Numbered from the stretch's first letter, positions 31,099-41,721 are shown. The stretch: DNA of 64,000 bases from Vicinamibacteria bacterium (GCA_963668695.2 CAXXLQ010000004.1:1632001-1696000), one strand, 5' to 3'. Numbers and translations: made by a program. The notes: generated by a model not told the origin, from the sequence alone.

Positions 31099-32215
31099 TT
31101 AAGAAATCGCCGAGGAACCGGCGTACCAGGCCCCGCCGCTCCAGCTCCGAAACGGCGGCCAGCGCCGCTGGCACCGACAGGTTCGCGGAGTCGAGGAGCG
31201 TGTCCAGATCCATCCCCGAAGGCCGCCGCCGCAGCATGTCCAGCAGGTGGGCCGCGTCGGTTCCGGAGGCCGGTCCAGCGGTTTTGCCGCCGCTTCCGGA
31301 TTCCTCGAGGGTGGCGGTGTCCGGGCACGGCGCGGCGATTCGTAGGGCGAGCCCGAGTTCTTCCAAAATCTCCGGCACCGAGGTCGTCAGGGTGGCCCCC
31401 TGCCGGATCAGAGCGTGGCAGCCCACGCTGGTTTCCGACCCGATCGGACCCGGTACCGCGAAGACTTCGCGTCCGGAGTCCACCGCGTGACGCGCGGTAG
31501 CCAGGGAGCCGCTCCGCTCCGCGGCTTCCACCACCAGCGTCCCCAACGTGAGGCCGGCGATTACCCGGTTCCGACGGGGGAAGTGGTGCGGAAGCGGACG
31601 CGTCCCGGGGGGAAACTCGGTCAGCACCGCGCCGGAGGCGCTGCAGGCCCGGCTCAGTTCGCGGTGCTCAGGGGGATACAGGCAGTCATGCGCGGAGCCG
31701 AGGACGGCGACGGTTCTCCCGCCGGCCCGGAGCGCGGCCCGGTGGGCGGCCGCATCCACCCCGCGGGCAAGCCCGCTGACGACAGTGAGCCCGGCTTCGG
31801 CCAACCCGGCCGCGAATCGTTCCGCGACGGCGATCCCGTAGGGGCTAGCTCGCCTGGACCCCACAACCGCTACCGACGGTGCGGCAAGGTCAGTCTCGCC
31901 CGCTGCCTCAAGGGCGATAGGGGGCACCGCGAGTTCGGCGAGCCGCGCCGGATAGCCCGGCTGCCCCAGGATCAGCAAGCGTCGTCCGGCGGCCGCGGCC
32001 GCCTCGCGCCAACTCCGGGCCTGTTCGAGCCGCGCGCGCGGCAGATCGCCGAAGTTGCGGCGGAAGACCGAGATCGCGGTTTCGAGATTGCTGCCCTCGA
32101 AGCAGCGGGCGCGCTCCCGCGGCGAGGGCCGCTCGGCCAGCGCGATCGCCAGCGCGGCGCTTTCGAGACCGATCTGCGGGGGTTGCTTGTCGGGCGTCGA
32201 GGTGTGGTTCGTCAT
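31046..32215 (-). CDS. dprA: DNA processing protein DprA; C-terminus and stop lie inside the MITE
   Basis: VAVVGSRRAS, VSGLARGVDAAAH, FPRRNRVIAGL, VVEAAERSGSL. RBS GGAG before ATG 32215. Confidence 0.93.
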   Translation of the reverse strand: MTNHTSTPDKQPPQIGLESAALAIALAERPSPRERARCFEGSNLETAISVFRRNFGDLPRARLEQARSWREAAAAAGRRLLILGQPGYPARLAELAVPPIALEAAGETDLAAPSVAVVGSRRASPYGIAVAERFAAGLAEAGLTVVSGLARGVDAAAHRAALRAGGRTVAVLGSAHDCLYPPEHRELSRACSASGAVLTEFPPGTRPLPHHFPRRNRVIAGLTLGTLVVEAAERSGSLATARHAVDSGREVFAVPGPIGSETSVGCHALIRQGATLTTSVPEILEELGLALRIAAPCPDTATLEESGSGGKTAGPASGTDAAHLLDMLRRRPSGMDLDTLLDSANLSVPAALAAVSELERRGLVRRFLGDFLIACGGTRVSAEPGEAPG

Positions 32216-32447
32216 GGGTTTTTCTCCAGGAGTCCTTGCCGCCCGCCCGGGGGACGGGGCGGGCCGCGGCCTCTCCAAAGGTCTTGACGAAATTCGTGTT
32301 GTCTTTGTCTCACCGCGCTGCCGTTTTCGCCCACTTCTGGCACGCGCTACTATCGGTGGCCGTTCGGATTTGCATCCGGAGTCTTCTCCAGGGCCGTCGC
32401 CCGGGAAACAGCGAGAAATGGCCTGTTCATTGCATTCAACCGCAACG

Positions 32448-32882
32448 ATGCTCCGGTCGCCGCTCTTGCGCCCCGTGGTGTCTACTACCGCGCTGCTCTT
32501 CGTTGCGATCCTGGCGGTGGGAGGATCCGCCGCGGCCCAACCCGGCCCCGGCCGGGGGGCGACGGACCCCGCCGATGGCGAGCGGTCCGGCGAAGAGAAC
32601 TCCTTCGGCGTCGAAGTCGCCAGCAAGGGCCTCTGGAAGGAAGCGGCCTACCGGTGGGAAAAGGCGGTACGGCTCGATCCGCAGAACGCGAAGGCTCGCA
32701 ACAATCTCGCGGTTGCCTACGAGCGTTCCGGCAAGTTCGAGGAAGCGCTCGCCGCCTATGAGACCGCGCTTGGATTGCTTCCCAGCAACGAACAGATCCG
32801 TCAGAACTACGAGTTGTTCCGCGAAGCCTACGAGCGCAAGAAGCGCAAGGACCGGGACGCCGCCCGCTCCCAGAGGCGTTAG
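32448..32882 (+). CDS. Secreted TPR protein
   Basis: Signal peptide, GLWKEAAYRWEKAV..NNLAVAYE TPRs. Start could also be 32418. Confidence 0.8.
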   Translation: MLRSPLLRPVVSTTALLFVAILAVGGSAAAQPGPGRGATDPADGERSGEENSFGVEVASKGLWKEAAYRWEKAVRLDPQNAKARNNLAVAYERSGKFEEALAAYETALGLLPSNEQIRQNYELFREAYERKKRKDRDAARSQRR

Positions 32883-32888
32883 CAACCG

Positions 32889-33692
32889 GTGGGTCTCTCG
32901 CGCTACCGCCAGTTCGCCTCGGGAGTCGCGCTCTTCCTGCTCGGCATCACCGCTTGCGCGTCCGGGCGCTACGTTGAGGTGCCCATCGAGATTCCGATCG
33001 ATGCCAAATTGGACCTTTCGGAATACGGTCGGGTTCTCGTAGGCAGCTTCGTCAGCCAGACCAACGAAAACCTCGATCTCGATTCGGAGACCTGGCGCCT
33101 GTTGCGGAACCAGCTCCGCCTGAACTCGCGGTTGGCCGTGATCGAGGCCGAGGTCGAGCCGCTGGGTGATTTTTCGGACGCGGCACTTGAGGCAAGCGGC
33201 CTCGCCGAGCAGTTCGATGACATGTCTGCCGAAGCGGTGGCGGTCGGCGACGGGGAGATTTCGCGTCAGGAGTGGATCGACCTGGAACAGGACAAGATCC
33301 TCGAGGACGAGGAGTACTGGCGGCGGCTCGGTGAGGAGTTCGAAGAACCCCTGATCATCAGCGGCCGGCTCCGGTTTGCCGCGGAGGAGCGCTCCGGATT
33401 CTCGCGTCGCGACCGGTACATCCGCGACAACTTCAACCGGCCCCGGCTGGTGCGCAGCACCCAGTTCCAGGAGCGAAGCGCCTATACCCTCACTGCCGAG
33501 TTCTATTTCATTGACGGCGCCAGCGGCCGCACGATCCATCGGGAGCGCTTCACCGAGGAGGTCATCTTCGGTCGGGACGAGGAGAGTTCGGCGCTCTCCT
33601 CCTATTTCGAGCTGATGGACCGCATCCTCCCGAATTTTCTGAGCGTGGTCACGCCGCAGACCTTCCGCGGCACCCGCATCCTGTTGCGCTGA
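32889..33692 (+). CDS. Hypothetical lipoprotein
   Basis: Lipobox ITAC. Operon spacing with both neighbours. Confidence 0.7.
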   Translation: MGLSRYRQFASGVALFLLGITACASGRYVEVPIEIPIDAKLDLSEYGRVLVGSFVSQTNENLDLDSETWRLLRNQLRLNSRLAVIEAEVEPLGDFSDAALEASGLAEQFDDMSAEAVAVGDGEISRQEWIDLEQDKILEDEEYWRRLGEEFEEPLIISGRLRFAAEERSGFSRRDRYIRDNFNRPRLVRSTQFQERSAYTLTAEFYFIDGASGRTIHRERFTEEVIFGRDEESSALSSYFELMDRILPNFLSVVTPQTFRGTRILLR

Positions 33693-33732
33693 ACGCCCCA
33701 CTTTGTCCACGGACTGCCAAAGGAGAAGGCTC

Positions 33733-36700
33733 GTGACTCGCGACTCTTCGAAAGCCGGCCCCCCGGTCCGGACGCGGCTGGTCGTCGCCGCCCTGTGTGC
33801 GGTGCTCGGGATCGCCAGTACGGCCCCGGCGCAGTACTTCATCCCGTTCTTCGGAAAGAACAAAGTCAAGTACGACAAGCACGACTGGCAGGTGTATCGG
33901 TCGCCGCACTTCGACGTCTACTACTACCCCGAGATGGAGCAGGAGCTGGGCCGGCTGGTCAGCTACGCGGAGAGCGCCTACGAGACGATTTCCGACGAGT
34001 TGAAGCACGAGATCCCCTTTGCCATTCCGCTGATCCTCTACAAGACGTTTTCCGAGTTCGCGCAGACCAACCTCTCCCCTTCCGAGATCCCGGAAGGCGT
34101 CGGGGCGTTCGCGGAGTCCACGCGCGACCGGATGGTCATCCCGATCGACAATCCGCCCGACGAGCTCCAGGAACTCTTCCTCCACGAGCTGACCCACATC
34201 TTCGAGTTCGACATCGTGCCGCGGTCGCTCTTCCGGCAGACGGTGCCGCTCTGGATCGACGAGGGACTCGCCACGTACATGGAAAACGAGTGGGACCCGC
34301 TCGATCTGATGGTGATTCGGGACGCCGCCGTCTCCGACGAGATTCCCACGTTCGAGGCGCTGAACCAGGCCTTCGCCCGCACGCCGTATTCCTTCGGGGC
34401 GTCCATTTTCGACTTCATGGAGGAGCGTTTCGGAAAGGAGGGCGTCCGGCAGTTCGTGTTCTCGCTGCGCCGGGCCGTCACCGGCGGGGTCAGCGAGGAA
34501 GTATTCGAGCAGGCCTTCCGGATGCCGCGCGAGGAGTTCTACCGCGAGTACAAGCGCTGGATGAAGGAGCGGTTCAAGCCGTATCGGGACAAGGAGATTC
34601 CCGAGGACTACAGCGCGGACCTCTCACCGCGCGAGGGGCGCTACATCGGAGCGATTTCGGCGGCGCAGTCACCGTCCGGTGAAGTCATCGCGGTACTCGC
34701 GGGCAATCGCCGGGAGTCGGAATACGACGTGGTGCTGTTGTCCGCGAGAGACGGTGAGGTCATCCGGAACCTGACGCCCGGCTACGCCGGCGAGTTCATC
34801 AACGTGGTCGGGCTTACCGGCGAGGATCAGCTCATCGGGAGGAACCTCAGCTGGACACCGGACGGATCTCAGGTCGCCTTCTTCGGGCGGTTCCAGAAGC
34901 GCCGCGCTCTGTTGTTCGCGGATGTCATCAAATCCGACATCGTTCGGCGCATCGAGATTCCCCTCGATCGCGCCAAGTTCCCGCACGTGGGACCGGATGG
35001 CCAGTGGGTGTACTTCACCGCGCTCCGGGACGCAATTTCAGACGTCTATCGGGTGAACATCGCTACCGAAGAAATCGAGAACCTGACCCGCGACGACTTT
35101 CACGACAAGTTCCCCACCGTAAGCCCGGATGGCGAATGGGTCTATTACAGCCGGCGGATCAGCGGTTACGACAAGCTCTACCGCCTCCGGATCGCCACCG
35201 GCGAGAAGGAGCAGGTCACTTTCGGCACCTTCAACGATGTGGCCCCGATCTTCGCGCCCAACGGGCGCGACCTCGTCTATTCCTCGAATGAAGACGACGG
35301 GATCTTCAACATCCGCGCCCTGGACACCGAGACCGGCGACATCCTCCAGTACACCGATGTTCTCGGTGGGAATTTCGCGCCCAGCGTGATCGTCGATCCC
35401 GAGAGCGGCGAGGAGACGCTGTTGTTTACCAGCTACTACAAGGGGAACTGGGGCCTGCATACGCTGAGCATGGACGAGCCGGTGAAGGAGATCTTCGCCG
35501 ACACCATCGTCCGGACGCCGGGGCCGGTCATCGATTTCGTGCCGACCGTGAACCATCAGATCATCAGCGAAAACAAACGGGAAAAGGGTCGTTTCGAGAA
35601 GCTGTTCCTGGATGGGCCGCCTCCGATCACGGCCGGATTCACGAGTGATTTCGACTTCCTCGGCGGCACGGCAATTTCACTTTCGGACGTGTTGGGGGAC
35701 GACCGGCTTTCGTTCACCGCCTATTCCGTCCGTTCCTACCGCGTCTATAACGCTCAGTACGCCAACCTCTCGGGGCGGTTGCAGTACGCCTTTGAGGCGC
35801 ACGATCAGACGTCCTTCTTCTATCCCTACCTTCCCTACTACATCACGAGCTTCTGGTCGCGGGCGGACAGTATCGGCACGATTCGCTCCTCCGGCGCGTC
35901 GGCGCGGGCCCTTTACCCGTTGAGCCGATTCCGCCGGTTCGAGATGGGGATCGGCTATGACCACCAGAGTGCCGGCTTCGAGAACATCTATCTCCAACCG
36001 GGCGAGGATCCGCTGTTTCCCGATCAGTTCATCGACCAGTACAACGACTTCTACACGCGGATCTTCCCGAGTGGCCATCTCCTGCCGGCGCGTTTCTCGT
36101 TCGTGCAGGACACCATCCGCTTCCGTCAGCTCGGCCCGGCGGTGTTCCCGCAGGCCGGAAGCACGGTGTACGCGGGCATCGAGTGGTCCCCCGGTGGCGC
36201 CTTTCTTTCCCGCACCACGTTCAACCTCGACGCCCGCAAGTACCTCCAGGTCACGACCGCCAGCGTGCTGGCGGCGCGCCTCAAGTGGTTCCACAGTGCT
36301 GGCGACGCCCCCGGCTTCTTCTGGTTCGGCGGGAACGGCGAGCTCCGCGGCTACCCGCTCTATTCGTTCGTTGGGAACCGGGGCGGCCACGCCACCGTGG
36401 AGTTCCGCTTCCCGATCATCGACGCTGCCATCACCCCCTTGGGCCTCGTCGGACCGCTGCGCGGGAGTTTCTTTGTGGATGCGGGCGGCGCGGCGTACGC
36501 GGGGGAGGAACTCAGTCTCTATTCTTCGGAGCGGAGGGAGTCCCGGCTGGGCCAGCTCTGCGGCCCGCGTCAGAATGTCCTGTGTGTCTCCGAAGGGTTC
36601 GGCCTGGATGACTTCGTAGCTTCCTATGGATTTAACGCGCGCGTCTACTTCCTTGGGTTGCCCCTGAACTTCGCCTGGTCCAAGCGCACCGATTTCGCGA

Positions 36701-36750
36701 CGACGCTCGACGGTTGGAAGTTCGACTTCTGGATGGGCTGGCCGTTTTAA
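33733..36750 (+). CDS. Omp85/BamA-like protein with N-terminal HExxH peptidase-like and TolB/PD40 propeller domains
   Basis: FGKNKVKY, HELTH...WIDEGLA, PD40-like repeats (WTPDG, SPDG), LRGY barrel motif, terminal F. RBS AAGGAG. Confidence 0.85.
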   Translation: MTRDSSKAGPPVRTRLVVAALCAVLGIASTAPAQYFIPFFGKNKVKYDKHDWQVYRSPHFDVYYYPEMEQELGRLVSYAESAYETISDELKHEIPFAIPLILYKTFSEFAQTNLSPSEIPEGVGAFAESTRDRMVIPIDNPPDELQELFLHELTHIFEFDIVPRSLFRQTVPLWIDEGLATYMENEWDPLDLMVIRDAAVSDEIPTFEALNQAFARTPYSFGASIFDFMEERFGKEGVRQFVFSLRRAVTGGVSEEVFEQAFRMPREEFYREYKRWMKERFKPYRDKEIPEDYSADLSPREGRYIGAISAAQSPSGEVIAVLAGNRRESEYDVVLLSARDGEVIRNLTPGYAGEFINVVGLTGEDQLIGRNLSWTPDGSQVAFFGRFQKRRALLFADVIKSDIVRRIEIPLDRAKFPHVGPDGQWVYFTALRDAISDVYRVNIATEEIENLTRDDFHDKFPTVSPDGEWVYYSRRISGYDKLYRLRIATGEKEQVTFGTFNDVAPIFAPNGRDLVYSSNEDDGIFNIRALDTETGDILQYTDVLGGNFAPSVIVDPESGEETLLFTSYYKGNWGLHTLSMDEPVKEIFADTIVRTPGPVIDFVPTVNHQIISENKREKGRFEKLFLDGPPPITAGFTSDFDFLGGTAISLSDVLGDDRLSFTAYSVRSYRVYNAQYANLSGRLQYAFEAHDQTSFFYPYLPYYITSFWSRADSIGTIRSSGASARALYPLSRFRRFEMGIGYDHQSAGFENIYLQPGEDPLFPDQFIDQYNDFYTRIFPSGHLLPARFSFVQDTIRFRQLGPAVFPQAGSTVYAGIEWSPGGAFLSRTTFNLDARKYLQVTTASVLAARLKWFHSAGDAPGFFWFGGNGELRGYPLYSFVGNRGGHATVEFRFPIIDAAITPLGLVGPLRGSFFVDAGGAAYAGEELSLYSSERRESRLGQLCGPRQNVLCVSEGFGLDDFVASYGFNARVYFLGLPLNFAWSKRTDFATTLDGWKFDFWMGWPF

Positions 36751-36852
36751 CCCCAAGCGGTTCGGCGGCGGGGCCCGCGGCTGATTTCCTTGTCAGCCGT
36801 CCGTCAACCAGCCGCGGGCCCCGCCGCCGAACCGCCCGGCACTTCGTGCCGC

Positions 36853-36942
36853 GCTTCCGAAGTGCGGCGAGAGCCGCGCGGAGACCCCGGAGCAGGAGGG
36901 GTTGGGGTCGGGGGACCCGACTCCCAGCCGCTCCTGGCTCGG
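36853..36942 (-). repeat. Diverged single copy of the 90-bp cassette outside MITE A
   Basis: Reverse complement reads CCGAGCCAG...GCTCCGGGGTCTCCGCG...CTTCGGAAGC and is exactly 90 bp. Confidence 0.75.
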
Positions 36943-37435
36943 GAATCGCAACTTCCTTGCGCGCCTGCGGCGCGCTGCGGCAAGTTCCGATTCGTAGTTG
37001 TTGTTTTGTGAAGGGGGGGGGCCCCTTTCACACTTTCCCCCCGGACACGCGGGCAGCGAACGAAGTTCGCTGCCGTTGGTTTTTTTCGTTCGGCAATGCG
37101 CCGCTTGCTTTCACGGTACGCGCGCAAGGGAACGCCGACCTCCGGGCTTGCTGTGAAAATGCAGTTGCGCCGAGCCCTCGACAGAGCAGATGGCGCACAG
37201 GCCCGGGAACGCCGGTGTTCACACCGGCACAGCGGCCCGCAGGGCCGCGGCGGCAGAGACCCCAACCGTCGGGATGGCGCCCGTCTCGGCGCGTACCTCT
37301 CGAGGGCAGGATGGCGCGCGACAGCGGAACCCCCACCGGGAGAACTGGGCTGGCCTCCGGCCGGCATCGCGCGGGAGCGCGAAACCTGTGGCGCTCGCGC
37401 CAGGCCCCGCCACGTGAGTGCCACGCCACCTTTTT
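36943..37435 (+). repeat. Repeat family C copy with 18-mer at 37331
   Basis: Colinear blocks with 14010-14420. Confidence 0.75.
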
Positions 37436-37556
37436 CAGCTCCGCCCGCCTACGGCGAGCTACAGCGGTCTTGCTCTCCCGGTAGGGGCTTTCGGATCAGA
37501 CCGCCAGCGCTGCCCGGAGGGCAGCCAAGACCGACGTCGCCGGAGCAGATCCCGGC

Positions 37557-38261
37557 CTACCCCAGCTCCTGGATCCACGACACCGCCTCGGGCGCGAGGC
37601 CTGGTCCGTCGTGTTTTACGTAGAGGTAGAGCGTTTCTACCTGGTCCCGGAGCCGGTTGAGCATCCCCGAAATCACCTTCCGCTCCTCCGGGCCGTATGG
37701 CGGGTCGCGGCGGAGGCGGACATAGGCGAAATCCGCGGTCACCGGGATTTCCGGATCCTCTTCGAGATCCGAGATCCCTGCGACAAGGGCTGCTCCGGCA
37801 CAGCGGCACAGGGTGCGGACCGCGTCGCACTGCCACGAGTCGTGCCGGAACTCGAGCGCGAAGCGGCCTCCCTTGGGAAGGCTTCCGAGGAAGCTCTCAA
37901 GCCGATCGTCGTCCCGGCGAAACCACGGCGGGCACTGAAAGAGGACCGGCCCGAGCCGGTCTCCGAGCGGCTCGAGTGCCTTGAGAAAGTGAATCACGGA
38001 TTCCTCGGTGTCCGCGAGCCGGGCCCGGTGGGTGATTCCCTGGTGCGCCTTGATCGCGAAGCGGAACGCGTCCGGCGTGCTCGCCGCCCACGAGGCCGCG
38101 AGTTCCGGTTTCGGGAAGCGCCGGAAGGTGTGATTCACCTCGACGCTCCGGAAGACGGAAGAGTAGTACGAAAGGAAATCGGCGGGTTTCGTCTTCTCGG
38201 GATAGAAGGTTCCCACCCACTCCCGGAAGCCGTAGCCGGACGTGCCGGCGAACAGTTTCAA
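37557..38261 (-). CDS. DUF72 family protein
   Basis: GTSGY, FYP, VEVNHTF, FAIKA, GPVLFQCPP, ALEFRH, YVRL. TTG start overlaps the upstream stop. Confidence 0.9.
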   Translation of the reverse strand: MKLFAGTSGYGFREWVGTFYPEKTKPADFLSYYSSVFRSVEVNHTFRRFPKPELAASWAASTPDAFRFAIKAHQGITHRARLADTEESVIHFLKALEPLGDRLGPVLFQCPPWFRRDDDRLESFLGSLPKGGRFALEFRHDSWQCDAVRTLCRCAGAALVAGISDLEEDPEIPVTADFAYVRLRRDPPYGPEERKVISGMLNRLRDQVETLYLYVKHDGPGLAPEAVSWIQELG

Positions 38262-38704
38262 CTGCTCTCGAAGAGGCTTTCGAAGGCGGCCTTCGCGTCG
38301 CGGGCGGTGTCGAGCTTCCTGCCGGTCACATCGAGCATTTCCGTAGGGCGGAAGTGGAGACACTCGTTACCGGCCCACTTGTTCACGATGCGCTCGGGTA
38401 TGTCGGCCCGGCACTCGTACCGTTCCACTGGATCGAACAGCGCACAGTGCAGGCATGACCGAAGCGCCGTGTTGCAGGTGGGACAGGTCGAGCCGACGAC
38501 GATGGAAACCTCGCCCGTGGACCACTGATATCCGCAGCGGGCGCATCGAGTCACGATGGTGGCGCGGCGATCGCCGGCGAGTCGGAGCGTCCGCAGTTGT
38601 TCCGTGTTGCCGAGATCAGCGAGCCGCTCGTTGACCTCCCGCTGGAACCTGCGTTGCTCCTCGTCATCGCGTGGTTTGCGCTGTCCGCGGCGGCGGTACT
38701 TCAT
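38258..38704 (-). CDS. Hypothetical Cys-rich (zinc-ribbon) protein
   Basis: CARC, CPTC, CLHC..FD, EC, NEC motifs. Confidence 0.7.
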   Translation of the reverse strand: MKYRRRGQRKPRDDEEQRRFQREVNERLADLGNTEQLRTLRLAGDRRATIVTRCARCGYQWSTGEVSIVVGSTCPTCNTALRSCLHCALFDPVERYECRADIPERIVNKWAGNECLHFRPTEMLDVTGRKLDTARDAKAAFESLFESS

Positions 38705-38919
38705 TCGGAAGAAAGATCTACGTTGGATTCGGGGGATGGCTGGGTGGCCATCCGAAGCAATCGCGCAACGGGTGCGCGACACGTTGGCCAATCGGGATGC
38801 CCGGGACGACTCAACGGCGCTGAATCGCCGACAAAAAGAGCAGATCGAGGAGCGCTAGGGACGCGGGCATCGGCCCCGACTGCTGTTCCCGAAGCCTAAC
38901 ATGTCGAGAACATTCGCCG

Positions 38920-39744
38920 TCAAGTCTGGCACCGGGAGCAATAGAAGGACGAGCGGCCGGCAATCGGTATGCGGGCGATGACGCCCCGTCGGCAGTGGGA
39001 ACAGGTGGCCCCTTCGCGTCCGTAGACGAAAAAACGGGCCGAGGTGCTCCGGCGCCCGGCCTCGCCGTCGCTCAGGTAGAGGATTTCGGGAGTCCGGGTG
39101 TTCTCGATCGACCGCCGCAGCGTCCAGCGGATCGCGCGGTGGAGTTTTGCCGCTTCCCGATCTCCAAGCTCGACAGAGCTCCGAGCGGGGTGGATTCCCG
39201 CGCGCCAGAGAGCTTCGGCTGCCTGGATGTTGCCGATCCCGGCGATCCGGTCCTGGTCCATGAGGAGGGCCTTGACGGGGCGACGCGTGGCGCGGAGCAA
39301 GGCGGCCAGCCGCCTCGTGGTGAAAGCCGGCCCGAGTGGCTCCGGCCCGAGCCGGGCGAGTCTCTCCTCATCCCGGGGAAGGCACACCGAGAAGTGGCCG
39401 AAGCGCCGCTTGTCCGAAAAGACCACCCGGCGGTCGCGGGCGATCCCGAGCACCGCGCGGACGGCCGGTGGGTCCGCCTCACCGGATTGACGCAGCGCCC
39501 ACTTGCCGCTCATGCCGAGATGGCTCAGCAGTGCGGGGCCCCCACGGGCGAACTCGATGCGCAGGAACTTGCCGCGCCTCCGGACCGCCGAGACGATCTG
39601 ACCCTCGGCCGCCGCCCGAATGGCACTCTCCGTCTGACCCCGCCGGGTGAGCGGATCGGGAACCGCGACCTCGAGCAGGTGCTCCCCGGCGAGCCAGGAG
39701 GTCAGGTTTTCCCGGTTGGCTTCGGCTTCCGGCAGCTCAGGCAC
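38920..39744 (-). CDS. mutM: Formamidopyrimidine-DNA glycosylase (Fpg/MutM)
   Basis: N-terminal PELPE, RRGK, HLGMSG, LMDQ..IAGIGNI, C-terminal zinc finger. Confidence 0.93.
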   Translation of the reverse strand: MPELPEAEANRENLTSWLAGEHLLEVAVPDPLTRRGQTESAIRAAAEGQIVSAVRRRGKFLRIEFARGGPALLSHLGMSGKWALRQSGEADPPAVRAVLGIARDRRVVFSDKRRFGHFSVCLPRDEERLARLGPEPLGPAFTTRRLAALLRATRRPVKALLMDQDRIAGIGNIQAAEALWRAGIHPARSSVELGDREAAKLHRAIRWTLRRSIENTRTPEILYLSDGEAGRRSTSARFFVYGREGATCSHCRRGVIARIPIAGRSSFYCSRCQT

Positions 39745-39777
39745 GCGGTATATCGCGGGACTTGCCGGGACCCTGGA

Positions 39778-41721
39778 CTATCCGCCGTTCACGATTTCGC
39801 TGACGGCGCGGTGGGCTTCATCGATGGCGGCCTGCGTGTACGCGTAGGCCCCGGCATCGGAGTTTGCGATGTGGACCCGCCCGAAGGGCTTCCGGCCAAT
39901 CTCGTTCGGGGCCTCCCCGGGGGCGAACGGCGGATCCCAGAGGGAGTTGTATTCGAACGCGTACCCGTGCGGCCAGCGGTTCACGGTTAGCCCGAGGATG
40001 TCGCGGGCCGGGTCGAAACCCCCGGGAGCGAGAGCCCGGGCGAGCTGGCTGCGGGTTTCGCGTTCGAAGGTCTCGAAGCTCATCTGCAACAGGTCGTGCT
40101 GTCCGGCCTGATGCTGGACGCGGGCGCTCGCCCCCGGCAGACACGGTGTGCGCACCGCGTGCAGCACGACGAGGTCCTCGGGGCCGCTCGAGAAGGCATA
40201 ACCCCCGATGCTCACCGGGAAATCGAGCGACACGCTGGCGTGGAATCCTGCCGGGAAGTAGATGCCCGAAGCACCGGCGGCGACGAAGGAAGTCCAATTG
40301 CGGATCAGCACGTTCGAATAGACGAGAGGCACCTTCGGCGGGTAGGCGAGCGCTTCACGCTGCTCCTCGGGGAGTTCCGGCAACAGGTAGGGAATCACCC
40401 GGTTGTAACAAGCGAGCACGATGTGGCGGGCGCCGACCCGGACCTCGTTTCCGTCCTGGACGTAGGTCACGCTTCCCTCACCGCCCGCTCCGTTGCGCAC
40501 CCGCACCGCGGTGCTGTTCAGCCGGATCCGGCACGGCGAGTCCGGACGGTCCAGCGCACCGTAGTCGAGACGCGCCAACACGATGTCCTCCCCGGTGTTG
40601 CCGGCCGCTGCCGCCGGCACCAGCTTTCGCACCAGCAGGCGGGCGATGGTGGCGCTTCCGTCCGGGAAGTGGAAGATGTAAGGATCCGGACTTGCGTTCG
40701 GTTTCGCGGTGAGGCTGAGGCGAGGGTGGTCTTCCCTGGCGAGACCCAGGTCCTGAAAGCCTGGGTAGCCGAGCGACCAGAGGTCGAGAGCGGGAACCCC
40801 GTCCGGGCCCATCCCGAACAATCCGTGGGTCCGCTGGCGGTAGAGCGCCTGGATTTCGGCGCCCATTCCGAGCGCCTCGAGGAAGGCCTCGTAGCTGGCG
40901 GCTGCCAACCGTTCCTTTTTGGCCGCTTCACCGAGTTCGGGCCAGGGATCGCCGGGCGCCTCGTTCAGGCGAACGAAATCCGACCGCCCGGCTTCGCTCA
41001 GCGGCGCCTCGGCGGCGAACTCCCCGGCGGGACGCCGGCCCATACCGGTCACCAGACGGTCCTCCCCGAAATCCTCGCTTCCGAAGAAGACCGCGTTCTG
41101 CAACCCGTGCGATCGGTAGAGCTCGCGGTCGAAGGCGGTGGAAAAAAGATCGAGATCGACACCCAGATCGTCCAGCAGACCGTGGACCGCCGGGCTGAAG
41201 GTAGAGGGCGAGTCGAGCGACTGGGTTCCGCCGTAGCCGAGCACGGTGCGGCCCTCGTGGGTGAACTCGTTCCGCTTCGCGTGTCCTCCGAAGTCGTCGT
41301 GGTTGTCGAGCACCAGGATGCGGGCATTGGGGCCGAAGGCCTTTCGGTAGAACCAGGCAGCGCTCAAGCCGCTGATGCCGCCACCGACCACCACCAGATC
41401 GAACTGCCCACCGTCCACCGCGCCCGAGTCGTCCCAGGGACCGGTATTCGCGACGCGGTCGCGCAGTTCATGGGCCACCTCGAAGGAACCGGGGTGGCTG
41501 CCCCGCAGTCCGGTCAGCGCCGGTGGATAGGGGCCACTCGGCCCGGGCGTCGTGCAGGCTCCCAGCAGCCATCCGGAAGCTCCGGGAAGCGTGAGCGCAC
41601 CGAGGCCCAACGGAATCCCGTTCAGGAAGTCCCTCCGGCTGATTCCTCGCTCCATCCCGAGCTCGCGGTCACGGTTCCGGGTCTCGCCGGCTGAATGCGT
41701 GGAGTCTCGATTCCTTGGCAT
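39778..41721 (-). CDS. Tat-exported flavoprotein, spermidine dehydrogenase-like
   Basis: ISRRDFLNG, YPPALTGLRGSHPGSFEVAH, VGGGISG, NHDDFGGHAKRNEF, VNRWPHGY. Confidence 0.85.
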   Translation of the reverse strand: MPRNRDSTHSAGETRNRDRELGMERGISRRDFLNGIPLGLGALTLPGASGWLLGACTTPGPSGPYPPALTGLRGSHPGSFEVAHELRDRVANTGPWDDSGAVDGGQFDLVVVGGGISGLSAAWFYRKAFGPNARILVLDNHDDFGGHAKRNEFTHEGRTVLGYGGTQSLDSPSTFSPAVHGLLDDLGVDLDLFSTAFDRELYRSHGLQNAVFFGSEDFGEDRLVTGMGRRPAGEFAAEAPLSEAGRSDFVRLNEAPGDPWPELGEAAKKERLAAASYEAFLEALGMGAEIQALYRQRTHGLFGMGPDGVPALDLWSLGYPGFQDLGLAREDHPRLSLTAKPNASPDPYIFHFPDGSATIARLLVRKLVPAAAAGNTGEDIVLARLDYGALDRPDSPCRIRLNSTAVRVRNGAGGEGSVTYVQDGNEVRVGARHIVLACYNRVIPYLLPELPEEQREALAYPPKVPLVYSNVLIRNWTSFVAAGASGIYFPAGFHASVSLDFPVSIGGYAFSSGPEDLVVLHAVRTPCLPGASARVQHQAGQHDLLQMSFETFERETRSQLARALAPGGFDPARDILGLTVNRWPHGYAFEYNSLWDPPFAPGEAPNEIGRKPFGRVHIANSDAGAYAYTQAAIDEAHRAVSEIVNGG

